64,000 nt of DNA from a virus (Duplodnaviria > Heunggongvirae > Uroviricota > Caudoviricetes), in the IMG/VR virus record IMGVR_UViG_2574180019_000006. One strand, 5' to 3'. The notes below the pieces were generated by a model. The model was not told the DNA's origin, ran no database searches, and saw only the letters and a list, made by a program, of their open reading frames with translations. Below, piece by piece: positions 10,023 through 19,438 of this stretch. Position numbers and translations under genes: made by a program. The stretch's first letter is position 1. Each line of letters begins with the position of its first letter.

Positions 10023-10892
10023 ATGAACTTTACCAAACTGACTGACCACCTGAAACTTGCCACCGATCGACTCATTGGATTTAAGCCAGAACCATATGAG
10101 TTGCATGAAGGCCATGGTGTAGCCACTGAAAGTATTTACAAGATGGTCGATCAGTTTCATGAACTCTTCCAGCATCCGAGACGCGTTATGCCGACACCAG
10201 AGCTGCTTCGTCTCCGTGCAAGCCTGATTCATGAAGAAGCTGTAGTGGAAGGTATTCCAGCCGCAATGAATGGGGATATTGAGCAACTGCTGGATGCAAT
10301 GGCCGACTTTTTATACGTTGGTGTTGGTACGATGGTCGCCATCAAAGGTGGTATTTCTACCGGCATGACTTATTACACGCAGGAACAGAGCATTGATCGC
10401 TTTATGCAGACAATTTTTGTGCCTGGTAACACTGTTTTCGATGATATGGCAATGCCATTTCAGGAAGCTCGTGAGGCGTCATGTATGCTCGAAGAGCTGG
10501 CAGATAAACTTGAGAAGAAGACTGTTAAGGATTCTGAGCTGATTCAGGAACTGCGCCGTGTAATGAACAAAATCTATGTGGCGTGCATGATGACTTATCG
10601 ACTGGCTGATTTTCTCGGTATCAATGTCGTCGAGCTGGTTGGCGAAATTCATCGGTCCAACATGACAAAATTATGGCCTGCAGATGCCGAAGAGCGTCGC
10701 CATGCTGTGGCCAACTGCAAATACGACTCTTCTGACCTGGGATTTCGCCATGCTGATGGCACCGATAAGATGATCGGTTTTCGAATTTCCGATGGAAAGA
10801 TTCTGAAGTCTCCAACCTATAGTGATGTCGATTTATCCTCCTTTGTTGAGCAAGCTAAAGCCTCAGCAATGTACGGAATGATCAAAAAATAA
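10023..10892 (+). CDS. putative all-alpha NTP pyrophosphohydrolase (MazG/dimeric-dUTPase-like)
   Basis: Segment IHEEAVVEGIPAAMNGDIEQLLDAMADFLYV fits MazG-type E-E-x2-E ... E-x2-D-x2-D-F-L pattern; nucleotide-metabolism neighbourhood. Confidence 0.4.
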   Translation: MNFTKLTDHLKLATDRLIGFKPEPYELHEGHGVATESIYKMVDQFHELFQHPRRVMPTPELLRLRASLIHEEAVVEGIPAAMNGDIEQLLDAMADFLYVGVGTMVAIKGGISTGMTYYTQEQSIDRFMQTIFVPGNTVFDDMAMPFQEAREASCMLEELADKLEKKTVKDSELIQELRRVMNKIYVACMMTYRLADFLGINVVELVGEIHRSNMTKLWPADAEERRHAVANCKYDSSDLGFRHADGTDKMIGFRISDGKILKSPTYSDVDLSSFVEQAKASAMYGMIKK

Positions 10893-10960
10893 TTGTAGGT
10901 AGTTATCTATCTGTGTATATTGCGCTGGCGCGTTAAATTTCTGAAACAACTATTCGTTTT

Positions 10961-10988
10961 TGGTGGCCTATGGCCACCATTTTTTTAT
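10961..10988 (+). terminator. Rho-independent terminator
   Basis: tggtggcctatggccacca hairpin followed by T7 run. Confidence 0.55.
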
Positions 10989-11036
10989 CTGTCTGGTCTT
11001 GTTCTCTCAATAAATGTAAACTCACGCAATGAATAA

Positions 11037-12167
11037 GTGGTTACTTATCTTTGTGAGGTTTTTGTGTCACTCCTTTTGAATCGTGAGCATACGAACGGTC
11101 AGGTAACAAACGCATCGTATGCAAAAGTTATTGAGACGGTGCTTAAAAGCGGCGTGCAGGCTGATGATCGCACAGGCACTGGTACTTTAAGCACCTGTTA
11201 CGTTCCCTCTTACTACATGCTTACTGGTGGGACTGTGCCGCTTATTTCTGGAAAGGCGGTAAATCTTAAGCCACTGCTTGTCGAACTTGAGTGGTATCTG
11301 AAAGGCACGGGCAACATCCAATTTCTCAAGGATAACGGCGTTAAGATTTGGGATGCATGGGCCGATGAGAATGGCGATTTGGGGCCGGTTTACGGTAAGC
11401 AGTGGCGTCGATGGGAAGATACCCGCATCGTGAGCCATAGTGAATATCTGAGCAAGATCGCTACTTTCCGTGAACGCGGGTACAAAGTCGAGGGATACCT
11501 GGGTATCAGTGAAGATCGCGTAGTGCTGTCCCGTGAAATCGATCAGCTACAGCGTATTGTCGATACACTGCGCACGAACCCTACCGATCGTCGCATCATG
11601 CTTAACGCATGGAACGTAGGCGAGCTTGAGGATATGAAACTGCCACCTTGCCACTTTGTCTTCTCTTTGTGGAGTCGTGAACTGGATTTTGAAACCCGTT
11701 TAACGATGGCAACTGACATTGGTCTTCAACACAGTCGCCTCGGTTACGAGTCTATCTACACCAAGATGCTATACGATCTGGAGATGGACGGCAGTGTTAC
11801 TGAAACTGAACTGGATGAACTTGGAATCCCCAAACGCATCCTCAACTCCTGCCTCGTACAGCGTAGCGTAGACACTTTTGTTGGTATGCCATTCAATATT
11901 GCTGGCTATGGCATTCTCACTCATTTTCTCGCGAAGATTACGGGTCACATGGCCGGTGCATTTGTGCATTTTGGCTTTGACGTGCATTTGTACAACAACC
12001 ACATGGAAGGTGTGTGTGAGCTAATGCAACGACAGGCTCCAGAGCATTCAGATCCGGTCGTTATATTCCCTAATGAATGGTCTGAGCTGGATGATTTCAA
12101 ATGGGACGAGATTCTTATTCTTGGCTATGCCCCTCTACCGTGGATCAAGGTTCCAGTGGCGGTGTGA
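11037..12167 (+). CDS. thyA: Thymidylate synthase (ThyA-like) with two large insertions; true start probably GTG at 11064
   Basis: Conserved ThyA blocks DDRTGTGTLS, WADENGDLGPVYGKQWR, DRRIMLNAWNVGELEDMKLPPCHFVFSLW (catalytic Cys), VDTFVGMPFNIAGYGILTHF, HLYNNHME, GYAPLPWIKVPVAV; ~35-aa and ~60-aa inserts relative to E. coli ThyA. Confidence 0.8.
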   Translation: MVTYLCEVFVSLLLNREHTNGQVTNASYAKVIETVLKSGVQADDRTGTGTLSTCYVPSYYMLTGGTVPLISGKAVNLKPLLVELEWYLKGTGNIQFLKDNGVKIWDAWADENGDLGPVYGKQWRRWEDTRIVSHSEYLSKIATFRERGYKVEGYLGISEDRVVLSREIDQLQRIVDTLRTNPTDRRIMLNAWNVGELEDMKLPPCHFVFSLWSRELDFETRLTMATDIGLQHSRLGYESIYTKMLYDLEMDGSVTETELDELGIPKRILNSCLVQRSVDTFVGMPFNIAGYGILTHFLAKITGHMAGAFVHFGFDVHLYNNHMEGVCELMQRQAPEHSDPVVIFPNEWSELDDFKWDEILILGYAPLPWIKVPVAV

Positions 12168-12168
12168 T

Positions 12169-12582
12169 ATGGCAAGAGGTATGTATGTCTTATGCGAAAT
12201 TGAAGGTGTGCTGGCAAATACCAGCCATCGTAAATCTGTATCTGACTCGGATGCAGGCCAATTCATTGCAGGTGATGAACTCATTTTCCCCACCAGCCGT
12301 ATGTTGCGTGGTTTTGCTCGCTCAGGGGCTGAAGTGGTGCTTATCAGTAGCCGCTCTGAAACTCTTGAAGCGCCCACTAAACGATGGCTGAAAGATTTTG
12401 GTGTTGATTACGACTGGCTTCATCTCGTACCGAATAGCACCAGTTATGAGAAGCATATTAAGCGCACATTAGCGGAGCATAAAGGCGATCTGCTTATCGC
12501 TGCGCTGGTGCACGATCCTCGACTCCGTGCCGCTTTAGCTGACTCTCATCATAGACCGGTCATCTATGAGGTGAGCAAATGA
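12169..12582 (+). CDS. hypothetical protein (possible HAD-like fold, non-canonical)
   Basis: ORF between thyA and DHFR; ATG overlaps thyA stop region; no canonical DxDGT motif. Confidence 0.35.
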   Translation: MARGMYVLCEIEGVLANTSHRKSVSDSDAGQFIAGDELIFPTSRMLRGFARSGAEVVLISSRSETLEAPTKRWLKDFGVDYDWLHLVPNSTSYEKHIKRTLAEHKGDLLIAALVHDPRLRAALADSHHRPVIYEVSK

Positions 12583-13055
12583 AGATGATAGCTGCTGTTG
12601 GCCGTAACTATGAGATCGGCATAGCGAATGAACTGCCCTGGCGTTGTTCTACCGATCTGAAGCTATTTAAGAGACTCACCAAAAACGCCACTGTCGTTAT
12701 GGGGCGTAAAACGATGGAAAGTCTCAAACGCCCTCTTCCAGAGCGTCATAACCTCGTTTTGACGCGCTCTCATGGCTTTGTACCAAATGGATTCTACCCT
12801 GCTGGTGTGGATGATGTGTTGCGATTACCAGAGCCTGTGTGGGTGATTGGCGGGGAACAAATTTACTCGCTATTCATGCCGCATGTTGAAGAGATTTGGC
12901 TCTCCCACATCGGCGTTGATGTGCCAAACGCCGATGCATTCTTCCCGGCAAGCATGATGCGTAATTTAGGCTTTGTGCCTGTTGAAACAGCTTATACCCA
13001 ACGAGCCAGCGAGGAAGAGCCTGGCTTTTCGCAGATCGTATACAGAAGGTCGTAA
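12579..13055 (+). CDS. folA: Dihydrofolate reductase
   Basis: 158 aa; MKMIAAVGRNYEIGIANELPWRCSTDLKLFKRLTKNATVVMGRKTMESL colinear with E. coli FolA N-terminus; RBS gaggtg. Confidence 0.8.
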   Translation: MKMIAAVGRNYEIGIANELPWRCSTDLKLFKRLTKNATVVMGRKTMESLKRPLPERHNLVLTRSHGFVPNGFYPAGVDDVLRLPEPVWVIGGEQIYSLFMPHVEEIWLSHIGVDVPNADAFFPASMMRNLGFVPVETAYTQRASEEEPGFSQIVYRRS

Positions 13056-13699
13056 TGGATTACCGGATTGGGATCACTGGTGCTCAGGGCAGTGGGAAAA
13101 CAACCCTGGCTAAATATATCGACAAACATTACGGAATCCCTTACGTGGATGCTGGTGTCGGAAGTTTGATGAGCCGCCTCGGTGTTCGAGTAGGTGATTC
13201 TATGCCTCTATATGAGCGGCTTCAGATTCAAATGGAAATAGCAAAGCATATAGAGCTACTTACGCGTGGTGCTGAAGGCTTTGTTATCGATCGCACACCT
13301 GCTGATGTTATGGCCTACACGTTGGATTTGGTCGGCCATACAAATGAAGATCGGTGTATTGAGTTAGCCCTCGATATCGAAAAGTTTTGCCACAAAACTG
13401 CTATTTCAAACTTTAACGCCATTGCTGGCCTACGCCCGGGGGTCGCTCTCTCAGAGCGAGATTACTTGCGGTCACAACGAGCATCATTAGACCGTCTGTA
13501 TGTCGCTCGTATTGATGCGTTGATGTGCGGGGAACTGACAAAAATTCACCTGCATCCGCAAAGGGGAGATCTGCAAACCTTCGTCGTTTCCAACCGGTAT
13601 CGCACAGTTGAAGCAAGAGCCAGATCAGTGATGAGAATGCTAGATAACGCTGTAGAAAAGATAGAAAACCGGTTCTGTGGCCGAGTGACCGTTCATTAG
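13055..13699 (+). CDS. P-loop NTPase, putative (deoxy)nucleotide kinase
   Basis: Walker A GITGAQGSGKTT at N-terminus; ATG overlaps upstream stop (TAATG); nucleotide-metabolism context. Confidence 0.5.
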   Translation: MDYRIGITGAQGSGKTTLAKYIDKHYGIPYVDAGVGSLMSRLGVRVGDSMPLYERLQIQMEIAKHIELLTRGAEGFVIDRTPADVMAYTLDLVGHTNEDRCIELALDIEKFCHKTAISNFNAIAGLRPGVALSERDYLRSQRASLDRLYVARIDALMCGELTKIHLHPQRGDLQTFVVSNRYRTVEARARSVMRMLDNAVEKIENRFCGRVTVH

Positions 13700-13760
13700 A
13701 AATTGTTCGCCTCTTCGACATTGCGACAATAAAACTCTCAAAATGGGTTAAGGATAAAAA

Positions 13761-14180
13761 ATGTTTAGTGAAATGTTGCTTGAAGATGAACTGGATCGGA
13801 AAACAACAGAGGCTTTGATTCGTGTAGCGGACGAACATTCCCGGTCGCTTATGAGCGATCGAGAGGCTCGTCTGGCTATTCGTGCCATATTCGAAACTGC
13901 GCAGGGGCTTGTTGGTACACAAGTGGGTGAAGCCATTAACATCGCCATGTCTCAGTTCAGTGAAGGCAGTAAAAAGCCTCTGTTTCCTATGCATTTGATG
14001 CTGGCTGGTGGCACAGTGCTTTATATCTCTGTTTGTCTGGATAGCAACCAAATCAATATTCTCAACACTGTGTCAGGTAAGTGGAAAGATCCGATTGTCT
14101 GTGAAACCAGTGAAGAAACTTTGAAAAAAGCGGCTCAATTTGTACGTAGCGCACTACTTAAGGGCGCTAAGAAGTTGTAA
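13761..14180 (+). CDS. hypothetical protein (139 aa)
   Basis: ORF with RBS aagga 8 nt upstream. Confidence 0.45.
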   Translation: MFSEMLLEDELDRKTTEALIRVADEHSRSLMSDREARLAIRAIFETAQGLVGTQVGEAINIAMSQFSEGSKKPLFPMHLMLAGGTVLYISVCLDSNQINILNTVSGKWKDPIVCETSEETLKKAAQFVRSALLKGAKKL

Positions 14181-14189
14181 GGAGTTCTG

Positions 14190-14747
14190 ATGACAACGAT
14201 TGTTGCAGGCATCGATATCGAGTCTACGGGACTGGATTTCCTTGCTGGTCATAAAATTATTGAAATCGCAATTACCCGCTATGAACTGGAGACACAGAGA
14301 CATATTGATAGTCTGGAGATGCGTTTTAACCCTCGCAGAAACATAGATCCGAAAGCTCAAGCCGTTCATGGCATTTCATTGGAACAGCTCGCAGCTGAAC
14401 CTTTGTTGTCAAATCATGCCAGCGAAATTGGCGCTTATATGGGGGCATGTAGTGTGTGGGTTGCTCATAACGGCGAAGCATTTGATATACCATTTATTCG
14501 ACACGAGTTTTCAGGGTATGGAGTAAGACTGCCAGAAGTTCCTGTTATAGATACTATGTTATCGGGATTGTGGGCCACAGAAGACGGTAAACGTCCCCGC
14601 CTTGAAGAGTTGGCCTTCTCTCTTGGCTTTATATACGATCATGCCAAAGCACATAGTGCCTTATATGACACAAACTTAATGATGCAATGCTTCTTTAAGG
14701 CACGTAATAAGTACGGATTTTTTAAATTACCCTCTGAAATTGTGTAA
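14190..14747 (+). CDS. DnaQ-like 3'-5' exonuclease (DEDDh family)
   Basis: Exo I IDIESTGLD, Exo II VAHNGEAFDIPFI, Exo III HSALYDTNLM; RBS aaggag. Confidence 0.7.
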   Translation: MTTIVAGIDIESTGLDFLAGHKIIEIAITRYELETQRHIDSLEMRFNPRRNIDPKAQAVHGISLEQLAAEPLLSNHASEIGAYMGACSVWVAHNGEAFDIPFIRHEFSGYGVRLPEVPVIDTMLSGLWATEDGKRPRLEELAFSLGFIYDHAKAHSALYDTNLMMQCFFKARNKYGFFKLPSEIV

Positions 14748-14749
14748 AA

Positions 14750-14787
14750 CAAAAGCCTACTTTAAAAAGTTTAAAGTAGGCTTTTTT
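14750..14787 (+). terminator. Rho-independent terminator
   Basis: aaaagcctactttaaa...tttaaagtaggcttttttt perfect hairpin plus T-run. Confidence 0.6.
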
Positions 14788-14904
14788 TAAAGAACAGTCG
14801 CCTTTCAATCATTTCCTGCCTGTATTTAATACTTTTCCGCCTGATAGGTTTAGTCAAAATGCAGCCATCGAAACGCAAATGTAACCAAACAGAAGGAGAC
14901 TTAC

Positions 14905-15714
14905 ATGAGTTCGGTTGAAAATGTAATGACAAATGATGATCTGGACGAGCTGACAGCCATGTTGCAATCACTTGATGAACCAGTAAAAAAAGCTGCACAG
15001 GTTGAAAATACTGATGATATTGACGATCTGCTGCTCGGCCTAGATGCTGGCGTAGCCATGAGTTCTGATGATGTTGCCGAAGAACTGTTCAATGAAGAAA
15101 AAGCAGGTGATTTCAGCTCTGCTTTAAATGAGTTGGAGTTAGCGCATGAGCCTATAAACGTAATTAACGCTGAAAGTGTTGAAGCTGCCGAAAACGAGCC
15201 AGAACAATTGGGATTTATTGAGGTTGAAGAGTGTGTTGAGGTTAATGATGAATTAAAAGTTCAACAGTCAAATGATAGCAATACAAATAAAAAAGCTCGT
15301 ACTGCAAGAGGTCCTCGTTTTACTTTAAGTGATAAAGATGATTCGTTTTTCAATAAAGCGGGCTTAGAAAAAGATATTTTCTTAGACGCTTACGATAACG
15401 CGCCTGTCAAAGCAAAGGATAAGATATTAAACCTTCTTAATTGGTTTAGCGGAGGTCCAGATATTAGTGTTTACACGGTAATTTCCATGAGACACCTTCT
15501 CACAGAAAAGAAGGCTACAAGTAATAGTATTAAGATTGCTTTAATGAGCAATCCAGAAAAACCGTATCCGCTTAACACTGCGTCAACTCAGGCTGGGCAA
15601 ATGATGGCTGTATTTCCAGCGACAGGAATTGCCGTTAGAGACGGTGGAAATCTAACATTGAACGAAGAATCACCGATCGTTAAGAAGTTTGTCGCGGAGT
15701 ACACTATTGGATGA
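14905..15714 (+). CDS. hypothetical protein with strongly acidic N-terminal ~110 aa
   Basis: 269-aa ORF, RBS aaggag; N-terminus rich in D/E (DDLDELTAMLQSLDEP...ENTDDIDDLLLGLD). Confidence 0.5.
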   Translation: MSSVENVMTNDDLDELTAMLQSLDEPVKKAAQVENTDDIDDLLLGLDAGVAMSSDDVAEELFNEEKAGDFSSALNELELAHEPINVINAESVEAAENEPEQLGFIEVEECVEVNDELKVQQSNDSNTNKKARTARGPRFTLSDKDDSFFNKAGLEKDIFLDAYDNAPVKAKDKILNLLNWFSGGPDISVYTVISMRHLLTEKKATSNSIKIALMSNPEKPYPLNTASTQAGQMMAVFPATGIAVRDGGNLTLNEESPIVKKFVAEYTIG

Positions 15715-15866
15715 CGTTCCCCTACTTAAAATAAAGCCCATAGAGAGCTTTATAGTACTGGGTAAGCCAATCACATACCCAGCACCACAAAAACGCGCCA
15801 GAGAGCTTCTCGTTTGCATTTCTGGCGCGTTTTATTTGATTGCCAGACATAAAATCAAATGCAAAA

Positions 15867-15886
15867 ATAGGTATATACTTACCTAT
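15867..15886. promoter_or_regulatory. Intergenic palindrome ataggtatatacttacctat
   Basis: Near-perfect palindrome of recurrent family, 10 nt upstream of MTase start. Confidence 0.35.
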
Positions 15887-15897
15887 CGAGAAAGAAG

Positions 15898-16491
15898 ATG
15901 ATTGCAGCCGAAAAAATCAAACAGCGAAAGCGCGACAACTCTCTTCGTGACCTCTGGAGAACACCTGACTGGCTGTTTTCTGCCATTCAACGTTATCTTG
16001 GAGTGACATTTGATGTTGACGTTGCCTGCAACAAGGACAATGCAAAGCTGCCTAATTTCATAGGCGTTGAGCGTGATGCTTTGAAATCTGAATGGGGACA
16101 GCCAGGTACAATTGCCTTCCTCAATCCACCCTACTCCAAAATCTACCCCTGGATTGATGCGGCTATACGTGAGCAGGCTCGCGGAGTTACAACAGTGATG
16201 CTAATTCCTCAATCCCTAGATACAAAGTGGTATGAGCGTGCAACAGAGTGTGCGAATGAGACGATTATTCTGTCTGGTGGCCGCGTAGCGTTTGTCGAGC
16301 CTGACGTAAATCTGGGTCAGGTAGAAGTAAACATCAACCCAGGTGGCAGTATGCTCGTTGTTTTTCGAGGATTCTGTCAGGACGCTGGGCACTCTATAAG
16401 CAAGATCCCTTTGGACGTCATGAAAAGTCTGGGAGGGTATGATCCTGCGAATGTGATCAGGAAAAAAAGACCATCAAAGAAGGCTGCTTAG
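15898..16491 (+). CDS. DNA N6-adenine methyltransferase (phage Dam-like family)
   Basis: 197 aa; WRTPDWLF N-terminal motif and catalytic FLNPPYS typical of phage N6-adenine MTases. Confidence 0.8.
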   Translation: MIAAEKIKQRKRDNSLRDLWRTPDWLFSAIQRYLGVTFDVDVACNKDNAKLPNFIGVERDALKSEWGQPGTIAFLNPPYSKIYPWIDAAIREQARGVTTVMLIPQSLDTKWYERATECANETIILSGGRVAFVEPDVNLGQVEVNINPGGSMLVVFRGFCQDAGHSISKIPLDVMKSLGGYDPANVIRKKRPSKKAA

Positions 16492-16520
16492 TTTGTTCTG
16501 GCGTCTGTAATTAGCCTGCT

Positions 16521-16565
16521 TCTGTATATATAAATAACTACATATTAATTATTAATATACGGAAG
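16521..16565. repeat. AT-rich palindromic element, copy 1 of 2 (ctgtatatataaata...ttaatatacggaag)
   Basis: ~55-bp element with conserved flanks duplicated at 47571-47625. Confidence 0.5.
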
Positions 16566-16676
16566 AAGGCTGTTTTGTATCAGAGACTCCAGACCTGAAC
16601 ATCACTACAGAATCCACTAGAGCCCCTTCCCAGACGCTTTAAAATCGATTTTATAAACCACTTTAAGGAAACCAAC

Positions 16677-16907
16677 ATGTCATACCCGACTAATGTCGTT
16701 GCGCTCGTAGAGAGCGATTTTCTGGCCCAGGCTCGTGAAATGATGAAAGATCGTGAGCAGGCTTTCAACTTGTACGAATGGGCAATTAAGTGCTTGCATC
16801 TTGGCGAGCATCGCGAACTTGTTGAACAGCTTTTAGGTGAGTTGATCAATGAGGTGTTTGCCTTGAATGTTCAACTACATGGTAGAGAAAATAATCAATC
16901 ACAATGA
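16677..16907 (+). CDS. hypothetical small protein (76 aa)
   Basis: ORF with RBS aaggaa 6 nt upstream of ATG. Confidence 0.4.
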   Translation: MSYPTNVVALVESDFLAQAREMMKDREQAFNLYEWAIKCLHLGEHRELVEQLLGELINEVFALNVQLHGRENNQSQ

Positions 16908-17487
16908 TAGATAAGTACAAACTATTCATAAAGTGAATTGTAAGTGCTAAGATCTGATAGTTTCCAGTCGTAGACTGGAGACTCGACCTGATGGGTGGGG
17001 GTAAGCGTCACTGGCGTCAGGTTTAAAAAAGCTCACTACCAGCGTAGAACTGGTGCCGTTTAGGTGTCGGGGAAGGGGGAACCAAAGTGAGCAGAGACAA
17101 GGGTCACTTTATGATTGTCGAGTCTGGGGTGTTTCGAGAGGTTGAATCCAGTACTCCCCTTCATAAAGTGTGGGAAGATCTCGGTTCTGGGGTGCTGTCA
17201 TCCATAACTTCCCAAGTCTAAGCTGGCAGTAGACTTAGACCATAACTTTTCAGGTTATGAAACGACCAGGTTGGTGAGAGATTTATACTCACCTCCCTGG
17301 GAGAGTATTACCTGAAAAGACAACCTCTCACTTCGTTCGAGGTGAACTTCACTCACTTCGTTCGTTCAGTTCAGGTTTATAAAAACCTGTTCTGGGAAGT
17401 AATTTGTTTATTTTAATAATTATTAACACGCACGCGTGTGCGCACGCGCGAGGAAAAATCGGCGCGGCGCTTGATTCAGGAGTTTAT

Positions 17488-18078
17488 ATGACGACGAAGA
17501 CACCAGCCCGATCGCAAGCAAAAACTCGCAAAAAAGCCAAAAACAAAAATTCTCCCCGCACCAATCCCACAACGCCTGTCGTAGAGTTCAATCCCCAGCT
17601 TAAAACCGTGAAAATCTTCAGTGATGGCTCTTGCCTTAAAAATCCGGGTGGCCCGGGCGGTTACGGTATCGTTCTTCAGTATCGTGGAGAGGAACGCGAG
17701 TTCTCAGATGGTTTTCATAGCACCACCAATAACCGCATGGAGATGATGGGGGCACTTATCGGGCTGGAGCGTTTGAAATATCCATGCAACGTTATTTTGC
17801 ACTCTGATAGCCAGTATCTGAAAAACGGCATGACACAGTGGATGAAATGGTGGAAACGCAATGGATGGATGACTTCTGACAAAAAACCGGTAAAGAATGT
17901 TGATCTGTGGAAGCGTCTGGATGAGGCCGCAAGTCGACATAATGTTCGCTGGAAGTGGGTTAAAGGTCACGCCGGGCATCGTGAAAATGAAATATGTGAT
18001 CGACTCGCGAAGATCGCAGCTTTTTCAGCAGCAGATATGCCTCACAAGAAAGATATTGGTTTTGTTTATAACAAATAG
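17488..18078 (+). CDS. rnhA: Ribonuclease HI with N-terminal basic extension
   Basis: Core [84 protein letters not shown] colinear with E. coli RnhA; ~40-aa Lys/Arg/Thr-rich leader; RBS aggag before ATG 17488. Confidence 0.85.
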   Translation: MTTKTPARSQAKTRKKAKNKNSPRTNPTTPVVEFNPQLKTVKIFSDGSCLKNPGGPGGYGIVLQYRGEEREFSDGFHSTTNNRMEMMGALIGLERLKYPCNVILHSDSQYLKNGMTQWMKWWKRNGWMTSDKKPVKNVDLWKRLDEAASRHNVRWKWVKGHAGHRENEICDRLAKIAAFSAADMPHKKDIGFVYNK

Positions 18079-18226
18079 TAAGTAAGTGTTTACCTATCAT
18101 TTTAAATCATGTATCTTATCGGCGTCAGGATGACAATGTGTCGGTAAGACACAGTTCCAGGATGGAACGAGAAAGGCGGCTGGCAATCGCCAGCCGCAAC
18201 TCTTTCTGACACTGGATGGAGTCCAC

Positions 18227-18721
18227 ATGGCACGTCAAACCTATTTCACTTCTGTAACTAAACGTCCTCGTTCTTTACGTCAAATTTTGGCCGAATTATT
18301 TAGCGGTCGTGTTATGTCACGCCTTGATGAACTAGAGACTACCGTTCGGTTGCTGAATGAACGTTTAGATAATCAAGCGTCAGTTGTTGCGAACGTGGGG
18401 GCGATTGTTGCCTCTGGTTCTTCACGCGAAGCGAAAAATGCACGGCCTTTAGTGAAGGAGAAAAACAACAAGGACAGTTCGAATGGAAAATTTTCAAAGA
18501 AAGAGGCTGAAACCAATGGCCTACGTTCTCATTATAGTTTCACTGGCGACGGTAGCCGTTCCAGCCGGTCAGAGCCTTTTGATGCCGGATTCATCCACCA
18601 CCACACCTTCGTCGACGACAATTACCACCACTCCAGTGGAGCGTCCTGTCACTCTGGATGGGATGGCGGTGGATGCGATACCTCAAGTTCATCCAGTTAC
18701 TCAGGATCATGCTGTGACTAA
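18227..18721 (+). CDS. hypothetical protein; 3' half overlaps next ORF in another frame (extent uncertain)
   Basis: RBS ggatggag upstream; N-terminal half coiled-coil-like, C-terminal half low-complexity G/S/C-rich. Confidence 0.3.
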   Translation: MARQTYFTSVTKRPRSLRQILAELFSGRVMSRLDELETTVRLLNERLDNQASVVANVGAIVASGSSREAKNARPLVKEKNNKDSSNGKFSKKEAETNGLRSHYSFTGDGSRSSRSEPFDAGFIHHHTFVDDNYHHSSGASCHSGWDGGGCDTSSSSSYSGSCCD

Positions 18722-18734
18722 GGCGGTTGTATGA
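18516..18734 (+). CDS. putative secreted/membrane-anchored Thr/Pro-rich protein
   Basis: RBS aagagg 9 nt upstream of ATG 18516; N-terminal signal-like MAYVLIIVSLATVAVPAGQ then TTTPSSTTITTTP linker. Confidence 0.4.
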   Translation: MAYVLIIVSLATVAVPAGQSLLMPDSSTTTPSSTTITTTPVERPVTLDGMAVDAIPQVHPVTQDHAVTKAVV

Positions 18735-18919
18735 ACTGGTTTTCAAATCACTTTGGAAAAATTTGGCTGGCAATTCTTGCCCTCATGGCCGCCGGTTGGG
18801 TATCGAACATTATAAAACTTGTTTGCTCTGGCGATCTCCAGTTTCAGGCTGGCATGACCTTAGCTCGTGTAGTTGGGATTTTTATTTTTCCAGTCGGTTC
18901 GGTACTTGGTTATTTCTGA
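18731..18919 (+). CDS. small membrane protein (62 aa, two predicted TM segments)
   Basis: ATG overlaps upstream stop (ATGA); hydrophobic stretches IWLAILALMAAGWV and VVGIFIFPVGSVLGYF. Confidence 0.4.
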   Translation: MNWFSNHFGKIWLAILALMAAGWVSNIIKLVCSGDLQFQAGMTLARVVGIFIFPVGSVLGYF

Positions 18920-18973
18920 CGGTTGTTAGTGCATATGCATTGACCGTCTTTGCGCAAGCAATTTATTTAACTA

Positions 18974-18990
18974 GAAAACAACTTGTTTTG
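18974..18990. promoter_or_regulatory. Palindrome gaaaacaacttgttttg upstream of TerB-like gene
   Basis: AAACAA-N-TTGTTT family, ~25 nt upstream of ATG followed by aaaaggaaaacacATG. Confidence 0.4.
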
Positions 18991-19012
18991 ACAAATAACA
19001 AAAGGAAAACAC

Positions 19013-19438
19013 ATGTTAGGTTTCTTCAAAAAGAAAACTCGTAAAGCTGTTATCGAAGTCAAAAAAATGGAGAACCGTGATGCGGTTGAGGCCACCGTGT
19101 GGGGCGCGTACATGATCTCCTATGCCGACGGCACATGTGACGCAAAAGAAATTGCCATTCTTGAGAAGACAATTGCAGCTCTGCCTGCGTTTTCTCCGTT
19201 TGCTGGTGAAATTGCCCAAATGAGCGCCAATATCCGTGCTCGTTACGAAGCGTCCCCTCGTTCTGCTAATGCACAGGCTATTCGTGAGCTGTCTGATATT
19301 GCGGGGACTCCAGAGGCGGTCGATGTTTTGTGTCTGTGCCTTGATATTGCCGATCAGGACGGCATTGGTGAACAAGAAGAGCAGGCACTGAAAAAGATCG
19401 CCCAGGCGCTTCAGTTGTCACTGGATGCTTATCTCTAA
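19013..19438 (+). CDS. putative TerB-like domain protein
   Basis: 141 aa; two acidic Asp/Glu-rich helical repeats (YADGTCDAKEIAILEK; DQDGIGEQEEQALKK) resembling TerB/DjlA-N fold; assignment tentative. Confidence 0.35.
   Translation: MLGFFKKKTRKAVIEVKKMENRDAVEATVWGAYMISYADGTCDAKEIAILEKTIAALPAFSPFAGEIAQMSANIRARYEASPRSANAQAIRELSDIAGTPEAVDVLCLCLDIADQDGIGEQEEQALKKIAQALQLSLDAYL

Noticed and set aside
13413-14051. 212-aa minus-strand ORF
   Set aside because: Antisense to two well-supported plus-strand genes in a uniformly plus-strand operon. Likely spurious.
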